Source of the DNA: Paramecium tetraurelia
Lineage: Eukaryota
Direction: 5' to 3'
Assembly: GCA_000165425.1 (NCBI GenBank)
Contig: CT868019.1
Location: 186,001 to 249,704, forward strand
DNA length: 63,704 nt
Shown: piece by piece, positions 12,770 to 24,318 of the stretch
How positions within the stretch are numbered: position 1 is the first letter of the stretch
Layout of the letters: the number at the start of each line of letters is the position of its first letter
Notes under the pieces: generated by a model
What the model saw: only the letters and a program-made list of their open reading frames with translations
Databases searched by the model: none
Told to the model about the DNA's origin: nothing
Program-made: the position numbers and the translations under genes

Positions 12770-15700
12770 ATGACACATGGTATGCTTTAAATTCTATACT
12801 AGTCCTTTATTTTGGAGTAGGAGAATTTGCTCTCTAAATGTAAACCATAACAGTTGAAAATTAAAAGTATTATAATTGTTGACCATTTAGATTGCAAAGA
12901 ATAATTTTCCCTTAAAACAAATATTCAAAAGATCCAAGCAAAACATATAAAAAGGGAGAACAAGAGTTATGTTTTATTAGTGTGCATTGTTGTGAGTAGA
13001 ACACATTTCTGATAGACAGTAAAGTATTAAGTTGTATTCAGATTAATACAATTTGTGGGGCTTTGGAAGTTCATAGTTTTCATAATTGGGTTTGTAACAG
13101 TCCTCAGTAGTGAGTCCAGTTAACATCTCCTAAATCACCTAAAATTTATATAAATCTGTGAGTGCTGGGACTGGTTATGTAGTAGCCTATTCAACTAATA
13201 AGAAACTTTATGTTTGGGGGAATTGGCATTAGCTAAATTATGGGGAAGTCTTAAAACTATCAGAAAAGCAAGGTTATTCTGAACAAATTGATTAGCAATA
13301 TTAAATTAGCTGTCTAGATATAACCTATAATTTTTCAATTATAAAGAATACGGAAAATGAGAGAAGATAAAGTCATTTGCCAAATCATTAAGCTGAAATT
13401 TTGGCTTTGAAATGTGTAGGAACAACAACATATTTATTAACTCCCAATTAATTATATTATTTAGGTCTATAATTACAGTTTCCAGTATAATTTGTTGGTA
13501 TAGCATGTGGTAAAAAACATGGTTTGGGTTGGGATGATTTTGGAAGAGTATGGAGTTGGGGTGAATTTGCAGATGGTAAATTAGGATACATGGACTTCAA
13601 GTTGTAAGATTAGAAAGAACCCAAACAAATTGAAAATATAACAAATAACATAGTATCATGTGCTTGCGGGTTAAATTATAGTATAGCATTGGACGCCAAA
13701 GGGGATATATATGGATGGGGAAAAGGGCCATTTAAAATGGATTTGTCAATAGCAGTTACACCCACTAAGTTGTGTCAAAAACAAAGACCTTTTATAAAGA
13801 TAATGGCAGGGGATTCTCACTTTGGAGCTCTAGATTTACAAGGCTAACTTTATGGATGGGGAATCAACCAAAAGAATTGTTTAGGCAATTTAAAAGATAA
13901 AACAAGGCATCCCCAACTTTTTGAATTAAAAAATATCAAAGTTATTGATGCAGCTATGGGGTCAACTTCAACAGTATTAATTGTACCCAGTAATGAAAAT
14001 TATAAAATACCTAATTTGAACATAGATCAATACACTTCACATCAGTAAAAGAGAATTAAAGAGGAAACTGCTTTTATGAAAGAATTCGCTGATCGTAAAA
14101 ATAGACTCGATTAAATCTAATTTAAATCTCCAACTTAAAACTATTGTGATACTCCAATCTCATTTAAAAGTAGCTCGAATTATGAAGAAGCAGTTTTCCT
14201 TTTAAAAAGAATGAAAAGTTAGGCAGACTCTTTAAAAGACAATCTAAGATTTAAAAATACTCCTAGTTCAGTACATTTTACAACAGATATTCCTACTTCA
14301 TAGACTTAAACCACTTATCAAGATTACGATGATGTAACAGCTCGATTAAAGTAATTGGAAAATGAGAATTATTTATATATACCATTATGTTAAAGCACTA
14401 CTCCTATTACTAGTTAACCAATTAAATAGAATGATGAGCACGAAGATCTTTCGAATTATGAGAATGATATGCTGAAACTATAATATATACTTATGGTTAA
14501 ATCCTAAGATGAATCTAAATTATTGGAAAATTTATTAAATGATCCAAAGAAACATTAATCGGAAACTATAAATTAATTTTTCTTGAAATAAAGGATTCTG
14601 AAATATAAATAAAATGATAAAGGGGTGAATGATAAAAAGAAATTTCATGATAAATATGATACATTTGATCCTTATTTTTTAGTTAATGTGAAAAGGGATG
14701 TTAAACTTTTGAATGAACAAAGAAAAGAGATTTTTTTTGTTAAATAAAAGCAAAGAGAATAATTAAATAAAGAGATTAGTGAGAAAATGCAGCTATAGAA
14801 GCATCCTCTCTAGAGCAGAGATGAAATTACTAAATGCATTTAACATAAAGCTCTTGAGAAGGAGTAAAAGTTAAGATTGGTGCAATTAAAAAAGAAAGAA
14901 AATTATGTTGGGAAGATGAACTTTTTACAATAACAAATCTTAGAGAAAACCCCTGAATTCAAATATAAGAAAAAACTTGATACTATCAAAACAAAATAGA
15001 ACTTACAAATATTAAATATGATTCTAATCTATTTAAACACTGAAAACATATGTTAGATGATTTAAGAGACTAGTCAACGTGGCTTGGAACTCAAAAGAAT
15101 GATGTTCAAAGAACACATGAAGGCAAGAGTCATCCAAAATACTATTAGGAAAAGAAATGTTATTCAAAGAATCAAACAAAAACTAGGGTTAAGACAAAAG
15201 AAGATATTACTCTCATTCATATTTAGATTTAAAATCAATTTCAGAATTAAATCCAAATATGGATATCTAAGAAAAATAAATTTGTTCCATCTTAAAAATT
15301 AACTCAGGGTTAAAGTAGCCATAAATCTAAAATCCATTACTCTTAAAACTGAAACCTTATAAAAATTTTGTAAGTTGTACAATAATATGTTTTATGTTTA
15401 ATTAAGTTATTTAAACTATAAATGGGATGAGTATCTGAAATACTGCTGTAAAGGAAATATGCCAGAAAAAGAGAGAGATGAAATCAAATAGTATGAATTA
15501 CCAAACTTACTTGAGAAATAGAGTCATTTAATTAAGAAATTAACTGTTCCATTAAAATGTAAAAACTGTTTTATAAGTGAGTTAAAATTATAATAAAGGC
15601 CTGTTTTAAAGGCTACAGAATTGAAAACAGGTTTATTGAAAAAAGTGAAGACTATTGTTTAAATTGATGAAGATTTTTAAGATGTTGAATTAAGGAATTC

Positions 15701-16413
15701 TGACAGGGTTCTATTGCCGTATACAAGATATGTTGAAAATATAGCGCTTTCTGTAGCATCTAAGGTTAGATTTGATTATTAAATGATGACATAATTGGAT
15801 GTTCATGAGAAGGTATTTATGGAAGAGTTGAATGTAAAATTTGAAGTCTTAAAAGAATAATTAGAGAAAATAAGAAGAGATCATTTCCTATCAATGAGAG
15901 AAGTAAACTATCAAATATATATTAAAGTTTTATGTCAAATTAAATGAGTATAAGGAAAATCATAAATAATAAATAAATATCGATAGAGGAAAAGCTATGA
16001 TTAGATTCAAAGTAGATGGTCCAGAATTCAAAATACTCAAATAAAAGGATGATTAAGATCTAAAATTAATTTTATCGAAAAGGGAAATGGCTCGAAAGAG
16101 GTATGGACAAAACTCAATAAAATATAAAGATATTATTTTTAATAAAATTAGATAACTTCAATAAGATCAGCACCCATTTCCTAATTTAATAATAAAATTA
16201 GCAGAAAACATGTGTGCAGATATCAGGCCCAAATTTAGAGTAAAACTTAACCAACTTGAATGGACAAGATTATTCAGTTAGTACCAATAGGAACTTAAAT
16301 AACGATATACTACTATAATGAATGAAGCAAGGAAAAATATCTCTATAAAGACGAAGTAAATAAAATCAAAAAAAGTTGTTTAGAGAACAAGAGTTCTTAA
16401 AACAGAATCTTGA
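12770..16413 (+). CDS. RCC1-like beta-propeller protein with long coiled-coil C-terminus and an IQ-like motif
   Basis: IACGKKHGLGWDDFGRVWSWG, CACGLNYSIALDAKGDIYGWG, MAGDSHFGALDLQGQLYGWG; ARVIQNTIRKR; at least 3 short introns. Confidence 0.88.
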
Positions 16414-16685
16414 TAAATAATTAATTCTATCATTTATACCAAAATTTATATTATTATAATATATTAATTCTAAAATTTCTCATAAGTATTATATCAGAAA
16501 TATATTTATTATAAAATGTATGGTTTAATAAATCAAAACATGTTGAATTATTTATCAGAATTTTGACTAATTCTATTAATCTATCCTATTAAGTTTATTA
16601 AATCAAAACATATCAGAATTTAAGATTATCTCAATTTATAATTACGATTTTTTTACTTCATTATTATAATTAATTACTGATTTAG

Positions 16686-16919
16686 ATGAAACCATTAGCA
16701 ACTAGATAATAAATAAAAAATAAGAATTAAGACAGAAGCAAACTCATGGTGACTAAAAAAAGAATTTCAAAGAAAAGTGGACCAAGAATCACCAGAACAA
16801 TCATAGAAACTATTGCGAATGCTCAAACCACCCAACCATCTGCTGGAACGAGAAGATTACCCAGATAAAATAGAAGAAATAAATTGGCTAGAGTGAATGC
16901 TTTAAGAAGAAGAAATTGA
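16686..16919 (+). CDS. Small very basic protein (77 aa)
   Basis: ATG-TGA ORF filling a GC-richer island between two genes; MKPLATRQQIKNK...ARVNALRRRN. Confidence 0.6.
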
Positions 16920-16969
16920 TTGATTATCAACTTATTTTATAATTATAGTTATTATTTAAAATAAATATT

Positions 16970-19198
16970 ATGCTCCCTAATTTAGCGAAACAGTATTCAT
17001 TTACACAAGAAGAAATAATTATGCTCAAAAATAGATTTGATAGACTTTGCGATAGAGGGATGATGACAAAATAACAATTTAGAGATTCTTTGGGAATTTT
17101 GGGATTAGAACAATTCTTGGCTGAAAGGATATTTAACTAAATTGATGGGAACAAGGATGGAGTCATAATGTTTGAAGATTTTGTTAAATATTTGAGTATG
17201 CTACTAAATGGATCTACGATCGATAAAGCATTATGGAGCTTTGGAATGTTATCAAGTAATTTGAGCAAGCTTAATAGATAGATAATAAGAGTATTTTAGA
17301 GTTGGAGGACATGGAAAAAATGATTTTTGAGATCTGTTATTTGTGGAATTCAATAACAGGATCGAAGTCAATGCCTAAGAAGGAGTTGGTTTCTGAAATA
17401 TTTCGAATATTTGATAACGATGATGATGGTATTGTTCAATTTGAAGAGTTTAGAGTTGTTTACTAAGAAGGAGTGGAATTGATTGGATGGTATGAATTTC
17501 TAAACAATGAAGATATGAGTACAAATAAAATTAAGGAGGAATGGGAGAATGTAACAAAAAATAAATCAAGAAAAAAAAGAATGACTTTAATTAATCGTTA
17601 ATTGGATGAGTAGACTCCTTAAGATCTTTTGAATAATCAATTAAAAATATTGTAATCAGAAATATAAGGGTGCAGTGAATTAATCAAATAAGAAAAGGAG
17701 AAGGAATAACAGTAAAAGTAAATAAACTTTTTGGCTTCCTTTTATTTTGATGAGAAATCATAAAAAACTCATGGTCCCATTTTTAATGATGGATAAGTTT
17801 AAAAGTTATATGGGGATGATGATCCTGATTAGAATGATGAGCCTTATTTAAAATAGTATAATTTGACTTCGACAATCAATAATGATAGATTTTAAAATAG
17901 CATCATGAATAGATTAAGAAATTTGTTAAAACTAACTGAGGACATTAAAAAGTTGAACAACCAATAAATTGTGCCTAAACTTCCAGAATAAAGTGTGGTA
18001 AAGTAGTTTAAGAAATCATCTCGATCCCCATCTCCCATATCTGTCAATTAGACTATGGATGATATATAGTAATAACAGTAAGAGAATGTTCGTAAGAATT
18101 TATCAATTTATTTTGGACATGAAAATTGGAATTTGGTTTTGAATATGATGATTGGGATTCGTAAGGCAATAAAATCATTACATCCTTTGACTGATGATAT
18201 TTTAATTACTGCAGCACATTTTGAAGTGAAAAATCAATTTGAAATAATACCAAAGAGAACTTAAGTATAAATTTTCTTTATTAAGGGAATTTGATTGGAA
18301 GAAATCTTGTTCATTTTATGAATATTCTCCTTTGATTTTTGAAAGAATAAGAAAAATGTATGGGATATCAAATGATGATTTCTTGAGATCAATAGGACCT
18401 GAACAATTATTGGGAGACTTGATTTTTGGCAATTTAGCTTCTTTAACAGAGAAGGTTTCAAGTGGAAAAAGTGGTAGTTTTTTTTATTATTCTTTTGATG
18501 ACAAATACATGTTGAAGACTATATAGAAGGATGAATTTGTGTTCTTCAAAAGTTTAATAAAAAATTATTATTAACATTTATTAGATAACTATCATTCAAC
18601 GATTATTAAAATCTTTGGACTTTATCAAATTAAAGTCAGCAAAAGTAAAACAAAATACCAAAAAATATATTTTGTTGTAATGCTTAACATATTCTATACT
18701 AATGAGGACATCAATTTTAGATATGATTTGAAAGGGTCTCTTTATTAGAGAACATCAAGAGTCAAGGGTTAAGCATCACTGGATCAAAATATCCCCTTGA
18801 AAGATCTAGATTGGTTGGAAGATAAACAACAAATCTAATTTGATCAAAAGACATTAGAACTCTTCAAAACTTAGTTAATAAAGGATGTAAATTTCTTTAA
18901 ACAAAATAAAATTATTGACTATAGTTTCTTGATTGGAATCGTTGATAATTATAGAATGAACAATGATAATGTGTAAACACAATGCAGATTTTATGAGAGG
19001 TGGAATGGAGGGTGTATTACGAGGGATCAAAAAAGGTTGTATTATTTCGGTATAATTGATATTTTCACTGAGTATAACAACAAAAAGTAATTGGAACACA
19101 AGGTGAAAAGTACTTTTGTTAGCAAAGATGTGTCATGCATTCCTCCTGAGAGTTATGCTGACAGATTTATTAAATTTATTTTGCATTCATTAAAGTGA
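16970..19198 (+). CDS. Phosphatidylinositol phosphate kinase (PIP5K family) with N-terminal NCS/recoverin-like EF-hands
   Basis: EF loops DGNKDGVIMFEDF and DNDDDGIVQFEEF; kinase motifs SSGKSGSFFYYS, MLKTI, YDLKGS, LKDLD, IIDYSFLIG, GIIDIFTEY, SCIPPESYADRF. Confidence 0.93.
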
Positions 19199-19235
19199 TA
19201 TAAATTAAATTTAGATATTATTAAAATTAACATAA

Positions 19236-19370
19236 ATGAAAATTCATAACACTTGGTTTGCTTAAGCCACCTATTTAGGAGTTATCGGTGCATTAGTTTT
19301 TGCTACAACAAGATTTACAGTCCCAGAATATAGACTCTATTACAGAGTTGCCAAAGTTTAACATCTTTGA
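19236..19370 (+). CDS. 44-aa single-pass membrane microprotein
   Basis: MKIHNTWFAQATYLGVIGALVFATTRFTVPEYRLYYRVAKVQHL; clean ATG-TGA ORF, GC-richer than its flanks, one hydrophobic helix. Confidence 0.7.
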
Positions 19371-19411
19371 GACATTCATTATATCAATTATAATAATCAC
19401 ATAAAATATAT

Positions 19412-19969
19412 TCACTTTTAAGTTTATGCAAGCTCTTGTTATATTTGTTCTGCTTATTTCTTCAATTTATGGGCTTGCACTTCCTTTTTGTAATTATCCA
19501 GACTTTCTAATGGAATTAAGAAATATTCATTAAAATCCATTTGATTGATTCTCATCGCCAAATCGAAATCCACTTGAGAAAGTCCATTCAAAGACGGAGA
19601 GAATCTTCATATTTCTAATTATTACAATTCTAAAGTAAGTAGCTCTCCTCCTACCAAATGTACACCTGGACAATTCTTAGTGGAAAGAGCGTCAATCTTT
19701 GAAACATCCTTAATAAATTGTATTCCAGACAAGTAGTCTTCAGTATAGAAATATCTAAACAATCTCAAATCAGTTACCTTCCACCCTAAAATTCAATTAA
19801 TTTCAATGAAAATACCTTCAATCATAGGTTTCATAGTTTCATATAATGCCTTAACTTGAATAGGTGTAAGTGGCTTTCCATCTTAATTATATCTGCAGCA
19901 TTTTTTGAATTATTTTTTGGTTATAATCTCACTAAAAAAAGCAGAATATTTAGGTTTAAAGAGCAACAT
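19412..19969 (-). CDS. Pterin-4-alpha-carbinolamine dehydratase (PCD)-fold protein with basic N-terminal extension
   Basis: GWKV..LRLFRYFYTEDYLSGIQFIKDVSKID...NCPGVHL...LTLELFSPSLNGLSQVDFDLAMRIN; two introns (one is 19605-19625). Confidence 0.7.
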
Positions 19970-20103
19970 AATTAATTATAAAATTAGTATTAATTGTGGA
20001 AAATTAGATTAATTAAAAATAAATATAAAGACAATATACTACCTGAGAGATTGTGGACTGCTTTTGAATTAAAAATGAATATAATATTAATAATAATATT
20101 ATT

Positions 20104-22347
20104 TCAATTATCTTCTTAAACTTAAGGATTAGATTCTAGAAGTTGTTAACTGCCATCTGGCTCTTCCTAAGGTTCTTAATTCTAAAATTAATTTTATTGT
20201 TATGGTTCTGGTTCACATAATTCTTATTAATTTTCCTATTCATCATTTTTACTATTTTGCTGATGTTGTTGTTACTGCTAATCAATCAACTCTGTTGGTT
20301 CTGGTTCTGGTATCAATTCAGTTTGTATTACTTCTAATTATAAATTAATATTCTCAGTTAAAATTCCAGGAACTTAGATCTCTTAATGTTGCTCTAATAC
20401 TTATTGATTATCATCAAATTAATTTTGATTGATGGAAGCAATCTGTATGGTATCTTATTAAATTTACTCTTCTTTATCATCAGATTGAACTTTATTGTTT
20501 GAGGTTTCATGAGTAGAAATCTGTAAGGCATCATATTAAATTTACTCATCTTAATCTTCAGATTGAATTTCATTGTTTAAATTCTCCTATACTTCAGCAT
20601 CATCATTTTGCTATTAATTGATGGGATTGTCGTCATTATTTTCTACATTTCTTATTCCTTAATATGAAATCAAAGGATCAGGCCTAAAGGGACTGGAAGA
20701 TCCAGAATTTATTTATTCCTTCATTCTAGGATTAACTCCTAACATCCATTGTAATTCTTTTTGGTTTATTTCGTTTAATTCATCTATGTATTTCTACCAT
20801 TCTTCCTTGATTTGATCAATGGAATTAGCTAATTCTTCTGATTAATTGATATTAGAATTAAGATAATTAGTAATTTTTGTCAAAATTCCTTAATACAATG
20901 GTTTCTATTTTCTTTCCTAGATCCCGTTATACTACATCAAAAATTTTAATAGTAATTAGTCTTGAAATAACAGTTTTTAAAGATAAGAAACTTTGCTTTA
21001 GAGAACTGTTATTACCAGTTTTTCGAAAAGGATTTATAATTAGTTATTGGAGGGATATTTGAGTGTAAGATTAAGGATATTTTAAAATATTATTGCTTGT
21101 GTAATCTCTTTTGCTATTTCTTCGGTTTAACAAAGTTAAATAATAAAAGAAATTAATGATAATTTGGAATCACCAAGTGGATAGACTTGATCTCCTTTTG
21201 ATGTTTGAAAAGCCACTTTAAAGATGTCTTGTTAGATCAAGGCTGAGGGTAATTATGAAATCACGCTAGAATATAGTTGTTTTAGATCAACTGCTTATTT
21301 TCCATCTTCTAACACTTCAATTTTTGTATAAAATTCAAACTATATGTTTAATAAGTTATAAACTGAAGTGTTTTGAGTTTAAATGGCAAGATTCATGAGA
21401 TATTAGGGTGAGGGAACATTAGGTAAAATTGTTCTCAAATGTGGTGTCGTGTCAATTGTTTATAATTCTCTCTTATATAGTTCGATGAATATATCACACA
21501 CATTGGATATGATAACATTTGAATGGGAGTTAGAAGTTAAAAACTTTTGCAATCTTATAATTAATTCTGCTCTTTCCTTTAGAAAGTGCTTTTCTTCATT
21601 TTCCTCTTGATTTGTGTCTAGAATGATCAGCTTCTCAATGATTTCAGTTATATGTCTTAGTGCTGCATGTTTGAACAGATTTGATATGATATTTTGATTT
21701 TTTATTATATACTCCCAAAACTATTTTAAATGTAATAGATTATTACATCATGCCCTCTTTTATGGATAATGGCTCCGATTATCTTATTAACATAGCCAGC
21801 TGTAGTGATTATTAGTGCATCTTTTTCTAAAACTACAAGGAAATCATCAAGTAAGTGTTGTCTAATTAATTCTTTATTTAATTATTCTTGAGTAGGTACA
21901 AGATCAGGCTATGAATCTTCCAAAGGATTCTATATATCTTCTTGGGTGTTTTCACTCTGTTTATCAAATAAATAGTTAATTAGTTTTTCATTTTCAGAAC
22001 TAAATACCTCACTAATTATAAATTGATATCTAATGATGAAATCGATAAATTACTTAATGTATGTGTTAATATCTTATTCTTGTGGTTCGACTTCATCAAT
22101 AATGTAATGGATCATTTTTTAATATTCATTTGGATGAGAGATAATGCTAAAAATAGTATTTAAAATTTAACAAATCAGCGAATTTTTCTGAGCTTGACAT
22201 TTTTAATTCTTGTAAAATGTCTTCTTCGTTTAAGATGGTCTCTAAAGTTAAGTTTTCTTATTTAAGCAGATTATCTAATTTAGATTGGAAACCGAATCCA
22301 AAGAATCGAGCAAAACTACTATTATTTCAATAAAATTACTTAAACAT
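20104..22347 (-). CDS. SIT4/PP6 phosphatase-associated (SAPS domain) regulatory subunit
   Basis: FFGFGFQSKLDNLLKQENLTLETILNEEDILQELK, TTAGYV, PLGDSK; acidic Q/E-rich tail. Confidence 0.85.
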
Positions 22348-22381
22348 GAAATGATTTTATTAATTTATTTAATTAATAATT

Positions 22382-23458
22382 ATGCATAAGCAAAAATAGA
22401 CTAAATAGTGCTCATAATGTGGTGGGTTAGATCCGTAATTCAATTTAGGAAGTTAAAATTTAAATATTTATTCTAGAATGCGGACATTACTTTTGTCAAA
22501 ATTGCCTATTAGCTTTTAAAAGAGACATAGCAAATTCTAAAAAATCCTAATTCTCTCTCAAATGTCCTTTGGAAACATGCAAATAAGAGGTGGATTTAAA
22601 GAAGCTGTTGAATTATTTGAGTTTGCCTAACCCATGCAAGAAATGCAACAAAGAATAATAATACACATGCAGCTAATGCGTTGTAAAAGAAATTGAAGAA
22701 ATTGCAAAAATAAACTATTATTCAAAATTATTAAAATTAGATCAATTGATAGAATTGGAATCTTAGAAAGAACTTTGTGAAGACTTATAGAAACATGAAT
22801 TGATATGTCCAGGTTGTAAGGAGTTCAATTAAATCCCAGTAATTGTGTGTTTATAAGGACATGAAATTTGCAAAGATTGTTACTATAACATCAGAAACAA
22901 CGAGACATTCAGATAAGTATGTCCACTTTGTGGCCTATAATTGTTATAAAAACCACCAAATAGTCTAAGAGCGTAAACTCTTATCTAGAATTTAGTTATT
23001 AAATGTCCCAAGGAGAATTGCAAATAATAAATCAAGTATACTGAATTTGTTTAGAATCATTATAGGAAATGTACATTTCTTTGTAGTTTTAGGTTGTGAA
23101 GAAAAGTAGGAATGTCCTGGCTGTCATGAACAAGTGGAGCAATTGTTTCTGGAGATACATCAATCTAATTATTGCAAGGGAAGTGCATGTCCATTGAATT
23201 GCAATAGAAAACTTGGAGTAACTTACCTCAATAGTTTAGGATCATCAAAACAATTTCATCATAGAACACTTACTAAACACAATGAGATCCAGCGGAGTGT
23301 CGCATTCATTTTTACACAGAATTTAGGTGGTTGAAAAATTCCTATTTTATGGATTTTTTGGAGTTTGCCCCGATTGTGAAGCTTCTTTTGCCTGGTAAGT
23401 TGATATCAGAGGAGTATAATCCACATTTTGCTTTTAATGCTTTACATTCACAGGATGA
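22382..23458 (+). CDS. Cys-rich protein with two RING-type fingers and TRAF/SIAH-type zinc fingers (putative E3 ligase)
   Basis: CGHYFCQNC...CP..C; CPGC...C..GHEICKDC...CPLC; further C/H clusters downstream. Confidence 0.82.
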
Positions 23459-23483
23459 TTAAATATAATTTATATATAATTTT

Positions 23484-24242
23484 ATGAAAATTAATTCTGA
23501 GTTAATTCAAGGGTCACACCATTTTATTAATCCATTAAATGAACGATAACTAGATTTAAGAGGTATTCCCTACATTTATATGTCCATAGCCAAGAAAATA
23601 ACAGCAATCGAAAATTTGGGAGCCACTTTGGTATCACCATTCTTAATTATAGGATTTCTTTGACCACATCGATCTAGGTGACAATGATATCAAGAAACTC
23701 GGAAATCTCACTTTGTTGAAAAGGTATTTTAGTTGTTCCATAATCTTCAGATTAAAAACTCTAAATTTATCCAATAACAGAATTGTGAAATTGACTGATA
23801 TTTCAGACTCATTACCCAACATTGAAAACTTAATTCTGATGAACAACAGACTCACAGATATTAATGAAATGTATTAATTAAGAAATTGCAAAAAGTTAAA
23901 GCGCTTGATTTTGCATGGTAATCTCATTACTCAACAACCTGATTACCGCTATAAAGTCATAGCCATTTTACCCAATCTCAAGGTTTTGGATTTCAATAAA
24001 GTGACATTGGCAGTTAAGTCTCTATCCTTATGTTTTAGGAACGTGAAAAAGCAGTTGAGTCCTTCAAGCCTGACGAATTGACAGATTACATGAATTTGGT
24101 TAACTTAAAGGATGCCACCATAGATAAAGATCATATTAAAAAATTACTAGAAAATGCAAAGACTTTTGATTAAATTAATTAGTTGGAGATGTTGCTTAAA
24201 TAACAATAAGTAAAAAATCTATCAATCCTTAATGATTAATGA
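23484..24242 (+). CDS. SNRPA1: U2 snRNP A' (leucine-rich repeat spliceosomal protein)
   Basis: FINPLNERQLDLR, IENLGATLDFFDHIDLGDNDIKKL, LRRs and LRRcap YRYKVIAILPNLKVLDFNKV; four short introns. Confidence 0.93.
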
Positions 24243-24318
24243 ATGATTATCAAATATATCTATTAAAATTTATTATTCACAAAGTTTAAAATCCTTGATA
24301 TAAATAATCTACTAATAT

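Noticed and set aside
20104..20660. Q/E-rich quasi-repeats in the SAPS tail as a repeat array or CRISPR-like structure
   Set aside because: Low-complexity coding sequence without fixed repeat-spacer periodicity; eukaryotic context.
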